Position numbers and translations under genes: made by a program. Below, in pieces: positions 40,132-48,691 of a stretch of 64,000 nucleotides of DNA (within the stretch, counting starts at the first letter, position 1; the number at the start of each line of letters is the position of its first letter). The stretch covers positions 1 to 64,000 of the forward strand of contig CBFIJH010000009.1 of the NCBI GenBank assembly GCA_965662895.1, written 5' to 3'. Below the pieces are notes generated by a model, which worked only from the letters and a program-made list of their open reading frames with translations, searched no databases and was not told where the DNA came from. This stretch comes from Candidatus Poseidoniaceae archaeon. Lineage in GTDB: Archaea > Thermoplasmatota > Poseidoniia > Poseidoniales > Poseidoniaceae.

Positions 40132-41361
40132 TTAGTCACCTTTGAGCAACTCTTCGACCCGTGGCGCTACCTTTTCCATGTACGCTTTCATGTTCCGACA
40201 AACGCGCTCGCTATCATGATTAAAAAAATCAAACCAAGCCATCACTCGATCATCTGGATGAAATCGTTCAACAAGTTGCTGGGCAACATCTTCGACATTC
40301 CCAATCAACGCATTTTGTGCAGCATTCTGAACTTTTGAGGGGTCAATCGTACCTTCAAGAGCGTTCCAATAAGCACCAAGCGCTTGTTGAGCCTCATCAT
40401 GCGCTGCCGAGCGCTGCTCCTCAGGGGAAAGTCCTGTCTCATCGTTGAGGAATACAAAGCTGGTACGGGGCATGTCCGAACGCTTCCAAGTACCTCCATC
40501 AGGATGGAAGCAAGCACGCATACGTTCATGCGTCGCTTCAATGACTTCAGGTTGTGTAATTGAGAGATTGAACACACGAACGGGTAGGATTGAGTTGACA
40601 AAGACCTGAGCCTTTGGGTCGTGGGTCCCAGCAACCAACACAAGTTGATTCCTATCGAATGTGTTCGGAACGATTCGAATGTCTTCAAAGACATAGCGCC
40701 GGTCGATTGGTATCGCATCAGCCTCCGATTGACTCGCCTCTTGAACACGCTTCCAATCTTCATCACTCCTGAAATTCTCGCGAGTTAAGATTGTTGAGCG
40801 AACGGAATCCGATGCGACAACATCACCTCGCAAAAGGCGAAGAAAGATTTCACTCGCTTCAAGGAAAATTTGACCACGCAGTGCAGGCCATGCTGCCTCT
40901 TCAACTGGCGTTCGAGGTACAATTCCGTAAGGACGGGCCATGAATTCGAATCGACCTGCAGAAAAACCAACATGGAGGCGACGTGTGTCCTCGTTCACTG
41001 CAAGAAGCTGCAGCGTGTTGGCTATTCGTTCTGCTTGAGCAATTGGACCTCCAGATGCGAGAATTGATACTACAGCACTCCCGATTTCGATGTTTTTTGT
41101 TCTTCGAAAAGATTCCATTGCAAGTTGTGGGAAATCCGTACACAGACCAACTTCTCCTTGCCAATGTGGAACAACTGGCTTTGAGTTTGATTTTTGTGTC
41201 TCAGTGGAGAGATGTGCTTGCGCAATCCATCCGACTCCGAACCCCAACGCATCTGCACTCTCCAATTGTTGGAAGTAATTCCGAAGCATGGTCCGTTCAT
41301 CGGGGATGTGCCCTTCTGCATCAGGTGTTTGACTAATGGAAAAGAAAATGTCGTGTTCCAT
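40132..41361 (-). CDS. luciferase-like (LLM-class) flavin-dependent monooxygenase
   Basis: ADALGFGVGWIAQAH, TKNIEIGSAV, P...AE, RLHVGFSAG, ALIGNVEDVAQQL, M.KVAP. Likely start 41361 after SD GAGGTGAGG. Confidence 0.85.
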   Translation of the reverse strand: MEHDIFFSISQTPDAEGHIPDERTMLRNYFQQLESADALGFGVGWIAQAHLSTETQKSNSKPVVPHWQGEVGLCTDFPQLAMESFRRTKNIEIGSAVVSILASGGPIAQAERIANTLQLLAVNEDTRRLHVGFSAGRFEFMARPYGIVPRTPVEEAAWPALRGQIFLEASEIFLRLLRGDVVASDSVRSTILTRENFRSDEDWKRVQEASQSEADAIPIDRRYVFEDIRIVPNTFDRNQLVLVAGTHDPKAQVFVNSILPVRVFNLSITQPEVIEATHERMRACFHPDGGTWKRSDMPRTSFVFLNDETGLSPEEQRSAAHDEAQQALGAYWNALEGTIDPSKVQNAAQNALIGNVEDVAQQLVERFHPDDRVMAWFDFFNHDSERVCRNMKAYMEKVAPRVEELLKGD

Positions 41362-41412
41362 GCCCCTCACCTCTTTTTTCCAAACCGTCAAAGAACATAA
41401 TCCGTTCGCACC

Positions 41413-42243
41413 TTACTTGACCTTTTCATCAAGGGAAGTAAGGGCATGGAGTCGTTGCTTTAGAAGGTCAGGCGCAGCTATTCCCAATTGCATGAAAAGA
41501 TGCATCGTATCGGATAGAACGAGAAGCGCGTCGTCGTAACGGGTTTCAATTTCTGCAAGGTCAGCAAGCCCCCAACTTGCGACGAGATGACCAGCAGGAT
41601 GTTCGAGTCGTTTTGCCAAATCGAGGCTTTGATCGTACATTTCAGATGCAGTCGCAAGTTCTCCGAGACTCGCCTGAGCGTGAGCAACATCAGCGAGGGC
41701 TTCCATGTGGAGAACATCGTTTTGCATGGAGATGGCCAATTCAAGTCGACGCGTATCGTGAACAATTGCGGAATCCCAATCTTGATTCAATCGAGAACAA
41801 CGAGAGAGTACTGCAAGACCGTAGATGATACCTTCCTTGTCGTCAATCGATTCTCGCAAGGTTAACGATCGTCGAACCGATGTTTGTGCAGATTCAGTCT
41901 CTTCAATCGAGAGAAGCATGAGTGCGTGATGATGCAAAACAGCCGCTGCAAGTGGTTCTCCTTTGTCCAGAGATTCAGCAAGAAAAGCAAGTTCTGCAAC
42001 ATCATCAATTGAGCCGGAATTTCGTTTGAGATGCTCGAACCGGGCCCAACCTTTCTCGATATCGTTCTCAGCAACCTTTTGGGCATGGGCGACCAACCGG
42101 TTGAGCAGTTGATGGTCACCAATCGATTCGACAAGCGGCAAAATACCTAGAGCAAGCGACGTATTGATGCCATCAATTGACCCACCTCCAGTCAGCATCT
42201 CGACGATTTCTCTCGCCTTTTCAGGTGAGACCTCTTCTGCCAT
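41413..42243 (-). CDS. TPR-like helical repeat protein
   Basis: Repeats such as ALADVAHAQASLGELATASEMYDQSLDLA. Confidence 0.7.
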   Translation of the reverse strand: MAEEVSPEKAREIVEMLTGGGSIDGINTSLALGILPLVESIGDHQLLNRLVAHAQKVAENDIEKGWARFEHLKRNSGSIDDVAELAFLAESLDKGEPLAAAVLHHHALMLLSIEETESAQTSVRRSLTLRESIDDKEGIIYGLAVLSRCSRLNQDWDSAIVHDTRRLELAISMQNDVLHMEALADVAHAQASLGELATASEMYDQSLDLAKRLEHPAGHLVASWGLADLAEIETRYDDALLVLSDTMHLFMQLGIAAPDLLKQRLHALTSLDEKVK

Positions 42244-42331
42244 GTTGCAACCACTTGGATTCGCGTCAAGAACCTATTGCTGAAAGCGGTCGTACCGTGA
42301 TGATTCATAAGACGGACATCCATGGTACGTC

Positions 42332-43303
42332 ATGGCACGGCATGACAACGCTTTGCAGGGCGTCATGCTTGTAGCGTTGTTGATTCTTTTTCCAATGACC
42401 ATCCAACTGCTTGTGCATCAAGACGAGAGTCCACTGTGGCGGACGGTATATGTTGAGGTCGATTCCGAAGAGGAGGACGACACCGAAGCACGCTCAGAAT
42501 CACGAACAAGGGGTGACGTTGCTCGAATTGCAACCTTCAACATCAAGGTGTTTGGAGAAACAAAAATGGGCAAGCCTGATGTTGTTTCCGAACTTGTCAA
42601 CATCACCTTACGATACGACATGATTGTCGTTCAGGAGATCAAAGACCTTGACCAAACCGTTCCTTACGATTTCTTGGACGCCATTAACGCTGAATCGAAT
42701 GCAACATATGGTCTCGTTCTCAGTGAACGCTCCGGCAAGCAAGAAGATGATCAGAGTAGCCAAGAACAGTACGCCTTTTACTATCGAACCTCCCGCTTTT
42801 CGAGTGATACTTCGTGGTTGCACAACGATTCTGAACGGGATGAATTTCAACGCGAGCCATTCATCGCGAACTTCAATTTACTCTCGAAGAACGGCACGAT
42901 TCTCGAAGATATCACGCTGATAACTGTCCACACTAAACCTGCAGAAGCGGTGAACGAAACAGCTGCGATGCACAATGTTGTTGAAACATACCAGACAAAT
43001 TCAAGTGAATCCAATATTATCATCCTCGGCGATTTGAATGCAGATTGCAGTTATGCATCCACCTATGAACTCAACCAGCTTGAAATTCGTAGCCCAGAAT
43101 ACCTCTGGATTGTTCCTGATTCAGCCGATACAACGTTCTCTGAGAATACGCATTGCGCCTACGATCGTATTGTTTTGACAAGTGACGTTGACGGTCGATT
43201 CTTCGGCAGGTGGGGGGTTGACCGAAACATCAGTGGTTCAGATGTATCCGACCATTTTCCCGTTTGGTTTGATCTTGACATCAGCGAGGATGAGCAAGAA
43301 TGA
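42332..43303 (+). CDS. membrane-anchored DNase I-like endonuclease (EEP family)
   Basis: N-terminal TM; IATFNIKVFG, QEIKD, EQYAFYY, FQREPF, VHTKP, GDLNADCSY, CAYDRI, SDHFPV. Confidence 0.9.
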   Translation: MARHDNALQGVMLVALLILFPMTIQLLVHQDESPLWRTVYVEVDSEEEDDTEARSESRTRGDVARIATFNIKVFGETKMGKPDVVSELVNITLRYDMIVVQEIKDLDQTVPYDFLDAINAESNATYGLVLSERSGKQEDDQSSQEQYAFYYRTSRFSSDTSWLHNDSERDEFQREPFIANFNLLSKNGTILEDITLITVHTKPAEAVNETAAMHNVVETYQTNSSESNIIILGDLNADCSYASTYELNQLEIRSPEYLWIVPDSADTTFSENTHCAYDRIVLTSDVDGRFFGRWGVDRNISGSDVSDHFPVWFDLDISEDEQE

Positions 43304-44133
43304 TTCGTAGAGCTTCGGTTCCTGGACGAATCAACATCATCGGCGAACATACCGATTATGCTGGAGGTTGTTCGCTTGCGTTCGCCTCGCAACATCGCCT
43401 CATCCTCGAAGCAGAATTCATTGATTCTGGATGTATCGGAGATGAAACCGTCGTTGCTCTCTGGAAAGAAGGAGGGGGCCCTCCAGCAAAACTCAATGTT
43501 CAGAGTACGATACCTATCGGTAAAGGCATGTCCTCTTCAGCAGCATTGTGTCTGAGTATCGTACTCTGCATTCATGGAAACTCCATCGACAGCCAAGCTG
43601 TATGTCTCGAAGCACAACGATTGGAACATACCGTTCTTGGAACGCCTTGTGGACTCCTTGACCAAATGACAATGATGCATTCACGTGAAGAACATTGCAC
43701 AATGATTGATTTTTCAACATTCGAAACGAACGTCCTGCCATTTCCAGAATCATGGATCTTTCGAATCGTTGATTCTGGAGTTCATCGAACATTGCGATCA
43801 GTGGAGTATCGTCAAGAGGGCGATGAGACAATACGGAAACTGCACGTTAAGAATGAAAACGCTCGAGTCAAAAAAGCAGTCCATTGTACAAAAGAAGAAT
43901 TGGGACGTCTTCTCAACGAATCGCATGACTCATTGGTCAGCATTGGCGTAAGCACACCGGAGGTTGATGCACGGGTTCAATTCCTTCAAAATCTGGAAGG
44001 GGTCCTTGGTGCACGGATGATGGGCGGAGGATTTGGCGGCATGATTCTCGTGCTTGTTGAAGGAGAACATGTCCTTTCCGAACATCCAATGGTCGTTCCC
44101 TCAGGATCTGGTTTCGTTGAAGAATTGGTCTAA
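43300..44133 (+). CDS. galactokinase-like GHMP sugar kinase (compact)
   Basis: PGRINIIGEHTDY, PIGKGMSSSAA, CGLLDQ, GARMMGGGFGG. Confidence 0.88.
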   Translation: MIRRASVPGRINIIGEHTDYAGGCSLAFASQHRLILEAEFIDSGCIGDETVVALWKEGGGPPAKLNVQSTIPIGKGMSSSAALCLSIVLCIHGNSIDSQAVCLEAQRLEHTVLGTPCGLLDQMTMMHSREEHCTMIDFSTFETNVLPFPESWIFRIVDSGVHRTLRSVEYRQEGDETIRKLHVKNENARVKKAVHCTKEELGRLLNESHDSLVSIGVSTPEVDARVQFLQNLEGVLGARMMGGGFGGMILVLVEGEHVLSEHPMVVPSGSGFVEELV

Positions 44134-46092
44134 TTTTTCAAGGCGTTCCGGCGTTCCCATATCCCAAAACTTCGTCGAATCCAAGTGAACATGAATCATT
44201 TTGGATAATGCAGCATAAATGGTCTCCTCCCAAGACCAATGACCGTCTTTCCCATGCTCAAGAAGGATCGACTTTCGAACGACCGATGTGCCTGCTTCGT
44301 ATCCATTGAACGAATCTGGTGGAGTTTGTTTCTTGGAATACTGGACCAGCCGGCCGTTCGCATATTGAAGATTCATTGTTTCATGTTCTGGAGTCACAGT
44401 CATGGTCAGAGGTGAGGAATTCTTTCGATGGTGATTCATCAAAGGAGCATAGTCGATTGGATGATAATCATCACCCCACAAAAGTATGAATTCGTCCTCC
44501 AAAGATTCTCGTGCATTCCACAGGGCACCTCCCGTCCCCATTTGTTTTGTTTCTTGAACAAACGACACCTCGAGGCCGGGATGTGTAAAGCCATCAAACT
44601 GCTCACCGAGATGACCGGTCAAAACAAGGACTCGAGTACAACCTTGACGTTTTACCCAATCGAGAATATGCGAGAGAATGGGTTGGCCGCCGACTTCTAT
44701 CAATGACTTTGGGATATGTTTTGTTTTCTCACCAAGGCGGGATCCAAGACCGCCTGCGAGAATGACAACTTGTGGCATACGGTGCGATTGTGCAATGGAT
44801 GCATACAAGGCGCCACTTTCACGCAACGTGCGTTTTTGTGTAGAAAAATCGACATCATACAAACCAAAACACTGTTCATAGCCCTCTGCCCATTCAAAAT
44901 TGTCCATGAGACTCCAATGAAAGAAGCCTCGAATATCGTACCCGTTCGCAATGGCTTCTGAAGTGATTTGCAAATGTCTTCGCACGTGTTCAGGACGCAT
45001 GTCATCGTCATCATCTGCAACTCCATTCTCGGTCACAATGATTGGAATCTTCAGTGTCGAAACCATTTCAAAAGCACGCATCAGACCCTCTGCATACATT
45101 GGATATCGGAAATCGGTTCGCTCCTCCCAGGGGCGAATAAGTGGGTCAATCTCGACTTTGGTTGGCATAAAGGGAGTAGCAAGGAGGTGTGTGTAATAAT
45201 TGAGACCAAGAAAATCACTGCTCCCTTTGAGCCCTTCAATCGAAAAGCGGCGCAACGATGAAGGTGGTTTGAAGCGACCTGTCTTCAAACCTTGAATCCA
45301 ACATCGATTGAACATCCCATCCAGAAGTTTCGCTTGAAATCGATGCAATGGGTTCCAGCGTCGATATGGATCGAAAATATTGATGTTTTTGACAAGACCA
45401 ATCTTGGCTGCTGCACCGTTTTCTTTTGCCTTAAGCGTTCGATAACATTGTGCATGTGCACGCATCAAGTTGAGGGATACTTGCCGTGTTTTCTTGAACG
45501 AGCGCTCTCCCGGTGGAAATTCTCCGAGTACGTAACCCATCGAAGCGTACACTGCAGGTTCGTTGATCGTGCACCACCATTCGACTCTATCACTGAGAAC
45601 ATCGAACATCTTCGAACAAAATCGAATCCAGTAAATGATGTTCGATTCGTTCTCAAAGGCGCCTAAATCCTCCCACCATAATGGATTTGTAAAATGGTGG
45701 AGTGTGACCATCGGTTGGATACCTCGTTCAAGCAGTTGGTCAACCAAATCGCTGTACCAAGAAATTGCATCCTCGTCCCATACATCCATTTCGGGTTCGA
45801 TTCGACTCCATTCCAATGAAAAACGATAATGGGTTACGTTGAGATTTTTGATCAATTCAATATCTTGCTCTTTTCGATTCCAATGATCGCAGGCATCACC
45901 ACTCTCCTGACCACTTTTTGAATTGGGTTCAAAGCGTGTCCAATTGTTTCGGTTTCCTCCTTCAATTTGATGGGAAGCTGTTGCCACACCCCACATAAAG
46001 TTCGGAGGGAATGCTTGCCCATTGAGCAAGTCCGAATAATCAACATCGCTCCAATCACGATGTTCCTCAACGCTCATACGACCACTGACCAT
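44101..46092 (-). CDS. fusion: GH1 beta-glycosidase + sugar-1-phosphate nucleotidyltransferase
   Basis: GH1: FMWGVATASHQIEG, YRFSLEWSRI, TLHHF, INEP, TENG, WSLMDNFEW.EG. NTase from about 44778: ILAGGLGSRL...PK, GTGGAL, GDD, WDMGTPERL. Start 46092 overlaps the upstream TGA. Confidence 0.9.
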   Translation of the reverse strand: MVSGRMSVEEHRDWSDVDYSDLLNGQAFPPNFMWGVATASHQIEGGNRNNWTRFEPNSKSGQESGDACDHWNRKEQDIELIKNLNVTHYRFSLEWSRIEPEMDVWDEDAISWYSDLVDQLLERGIQPMVTLHHFTNPLWWEDLGAFENESNIIYWIRFCSKMFDVLSDRVEWWCTINEPAVYASMGYVLGEFPPGERSFKKTRQVSLNLMRAHAQCYRTLKAKENGAAAKIGLVKNINIFDPYRRWNPLHRFQAKLLDGMFNRCWIQGLKTGRFKPPSSLRRFSIEGLKGSSDFLGLNYYTHLLATPFMPTKVEIDPLIRPWEERTDFRYPMYAEGLMRAFEMVSTLKIPIIVTENGVADDDDDMRPEHVRRHLQITSEAIANGYDIRGFFHWSLMDNFEWAEGYEQCFGLYDVDFSTQKRTLRESGALYASIAQSHRMPQVVILAGGLGSRLGEKTKHIPKSLIEVGGQPILSHILDWVKRQGCTRVLVLTGHLGEQFDGFTHPGLEVSFVQETKQMGTGGALWNARESLEDEFILLWGDDYHPIDYAPLMNHHRKNSSPLTMTVTPEHETMNLQYANGRLVQYSKKQTPPDSFNGYEAGTSVVRKSILLEHGKDGHWSWEETIYAALSKMIHVHLDSTKFWDMGTPERLEKLDQFFNETRS

Positions 46093-48683
46093 CACTGAAC
46101 TCGAGTCCATGAACCGTCGCTTGCGACATTCCAGTACTGCACTTCAGTACTCGCATCAACATACCAACCGGTTTCGCCTTGATTTGTTCCTGGAGCAGCT
46201 TGCATGACGCCGACCTGCCCTGCTTTCGTCGCCAATTCTTGTCGCAATTCTTCTGCGAGGTCAGGTTCCGAATGTGTCATGTCTTGACCATGCTCTATGG
46301 GCGTGGTTGATTCCTCGGTATCCACATGTTCTGATGCTGAGGTAAGTTCTTGTTCCTCTTCTTCAGAAACTTCGTAGAATTCTTCCTCATCCCATTCCTC
46401 TTCCTTTGCGTTACCGCGGCGAATGAGGACAACCAGAACGGCAAAAATCATGAGAAGAAGTCCGATAATTATGGAAACAGCGGTGTTCGTTGATCCAAGT
46501 GCACCGCTGAGAAGAACCGATTCAACATCATAGAATTGTTGTGAAATCAATCCATTCCAAGTGACTGTGCATGATCGGTCAGAACCCGCTTCCTCAAGTT
46601 CGATTTCCCATGTATCTGATTGGACGTGCGAAGCTTTCCCAGATGTGCATGAAAGACTGGTTTGTTCAGGATTGACCTCAACCCGATTTCGTTGTGAATC
46701 TTCAGCCCAAACGGTGATCAAAGTTACTTCGCCCTGACTACGTGTTTCATTGGCCATACCGGTAATAATGCGTACGGGTTGACCTGGAACGATGGTTAGT
46801 GGAATCGTGTGTTCAGCATCACCCTCTGAAAGTTGAAGTTCGTAGACACCACTCGTCTGACCGGTCAATTGCCAATAGCCTCGACCAGCAGAAGACGCTT
46901 CGAAAAGGACAAAATCGCCCGAGACCAATTCAACATTTTCAGCAGGCGCAGTATTGCCGTGAACATCAACCAGTTCAACAAACAGATCTGAGGGGACGCC
47001 CGCTTCAAGGGTCAAACCTTCATCGGAATCGGTCAACAACGATGTACCTGTTCCCGGTATAACATTGACTCTGACCGCTGCAAAGACACCATCAGCATTT
47101 GCGCGTATTTCGTGTTCACCTGTTTTCGTTGGATACCATTTCCCATCAGCCATTCGGATTTCGAGCGTTCGATCTTTTCCCGATATCGTCCAATTGACTG
47201 CAACATGTGGGATTTCGTTTCCGTGTCCGTCCCTGAATGTTGGATTGAAATCAAGGAAGGAATCCGCTGCAACCTCGGTACCAGACTCGGGTAGGTCGAT
47301 GAAAGCAAGACGCCCGGGTTGAACGGTATCCATCCATTGCGTTTGGTAGGAAATGCCTGTCATCGCTTCAAAATGTGTGGCTGTAAATCCGAGTAATTCA
47401 ATTTGTTTTGGCATCACAGACACATACGAATCAAAAACATCGACACTGGCCAAGAAGCCGTCGGATTGGGTAAAATTCCCATCGATTTGCCATACGTTCC
47501 CGAAGGAGTCGATGGCTTCATGGGTCAACACAAACTGGTTTCCAGAGGTAATGCTTTCCTGGCTTGGAAGGAGGCGAGTTGTTGCGATCGAACCGTGCAT
47601 GACATCAACCGTCATCGTCGCAGGAACATCCGAATCGATGACCTGCATACCGTATTGACCAGTTTTACCTGGCGTCCAGTGGACCTCATCATCGACTTGT
47701 GAGAGAATCCCATTGCTCACGCTCCAATTTCCGATTGGTACAGGGACTGGCGAGGAATATCCTTGGGAATCGGTTCGAATTGCTTGAAGTTGGTAGGTCT
47801 TGCCAGAAACGTAAACATCCAATTCCGGCAGAATTTGAATTTCGACAATTGAAGCGTCCGAAGGAACAACACGAATGGTGCTGTTCCCCCAAACAGATCC
47901 TGCTCGGACGGAAAGATTCCAAATTCCTGGAGCAGATGCATAATAGTATCCAACAGGGGTAACCGTCCCGTTTTCAACGTTCCAAACCTTGTTGCCGGCA
48001 AGTGTGTTGTTCATTGTTTGACCGAATTCATCGACAAGTAAGGGATAAAGTTGCAAGCCTTCTCCACTCCTCAAAATCAAATCATCAGGGAAAACAAACG
48101 CATGTGGTTCTCCTGCAATCGCCTCCATCGTCACCTTTGCTTCCAACTGGTTGAATCGTGCAACAACTTCGTACAGTCCAAGCGATTGCGGTGTCCAAGA
48201 TGGTTCGCCTTGTCCGACGTACGTACCGTCAACGGACCAAACAATATCTTGTCCTGAACGAGGGTTCCCGTGTGAATCAATGAGATTGGCTTGAAGTGTG
48301 AACGGTGATTTTGCGCGGGGATGTGCAGTGGTATTGATTTCAATCGATTGACCAAATCCTGCTACAACGGTAACGACAACAGTGTCATTGAACCCAGCGT
48401 GCTCAGCTCGGATGGTGATTTGACCAGCAGACCACGGGAAAAACAGGCCATTGTCTTCGATTGTTCCGTTGCTTGCGGACCAAGTGATCTCTCCCTCGAC
48501 GACGTTGTTGAGCGCATCGTAAACAGTGGCTTCAATTTGAAGAACGCCGTCGGAAGAGAGCACAGTCGGTGCCGTCGAGATGACAACCTGAGCTGCAGGA
48601 CCGTTTGCAGAAACAGGAATGACTGCGAACAAAGCGGCAAACAACAGACTGCAGAGTAAAACTGCGGAACGTTGTTGCTGCAT
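46092..48683 (-). CDS. surface protein with Ig-like repeats, C-terminal TM and acidic/Trp tail
   Basis: Signal peptide, repeated D..GN motifs, TM IIIGLLLMIFAVLVVLI, tail GWYVD...QYW...DGSW. SD AGGTGA before ATG 48683. Confidence 0.8.
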   Translation of the reverse strand: MQQQRSAVLLCSLLFAALFAVIPVSANGPAAQVVISTAPTVLSSDGVLQIEATVYDALNNVVEGEITWSASNGTIEDNGLFFPWSAGQITIRAEHAGFNDTVVVTVVAGFGQSIEINTTAHPRAKSPFTLQANLIDSHGNPRSGQDIVWSVDGTYVGQGEPSWTPQSLGLYEVVARFNQLEAKVTMEAIAGEPHAFVFPDDLILRSGEGLQLYPLLVDEFGQTMNNTLAGNKVWNVENGTVTPVGYYYASAPGIWNLSVRAGSVWGNSTIRVVPSDASIVEIQILPELDVYVSGKTYQLQAIRTDSQGYSSPVPVPIGNWSVSNGILSQVDDEVHWTPGKTGQYGMQVIDSDVPATMTVDVMHGSIATTRLLPSQESITSGNQFVLTHEAIDSFGNVWQIDGNFTQSDGFLASVDVFDSYVSVMPKQIELLGFTATHFEAMTGISYQTQWMDTVQPGRLAFIDLPESGTEVAADSFLDFNPTFRDGHGNEIPHVAVNWTISGKDRTLEIRMADGKWYPTKTGEHEIRANADGVFAAVRVNVIPGTGTSLLTDSDEGLTLEAGVPSDLFVELVDVHGNTAPAENVELVSGDFVLFEASSAGRGYWQLTGQTSGVYELQLSEGDAEHTIPLTIVPGQPVRIITGMANETRSQGEVTLITVWAEDSQRNRVEVNPEQTSLSCTSGKASHVQSDTWEIELEEAGSDRSCTVTWNGLISQQFYDVESVLLSGALGSTNTAVSIIIGLLLMIFAVLVVLIRRGNAKEEEWDEEEFYEVSEEEEQELTSASEHVDTEESTTPIEHGQDMTHSEPDLAEELRQELATKAGQVGVMQAAPGTNQGETGWYVDASTEVQYWNVASDGSWTRVQ

Positions 48684-48691
48684 GTCGTCAC

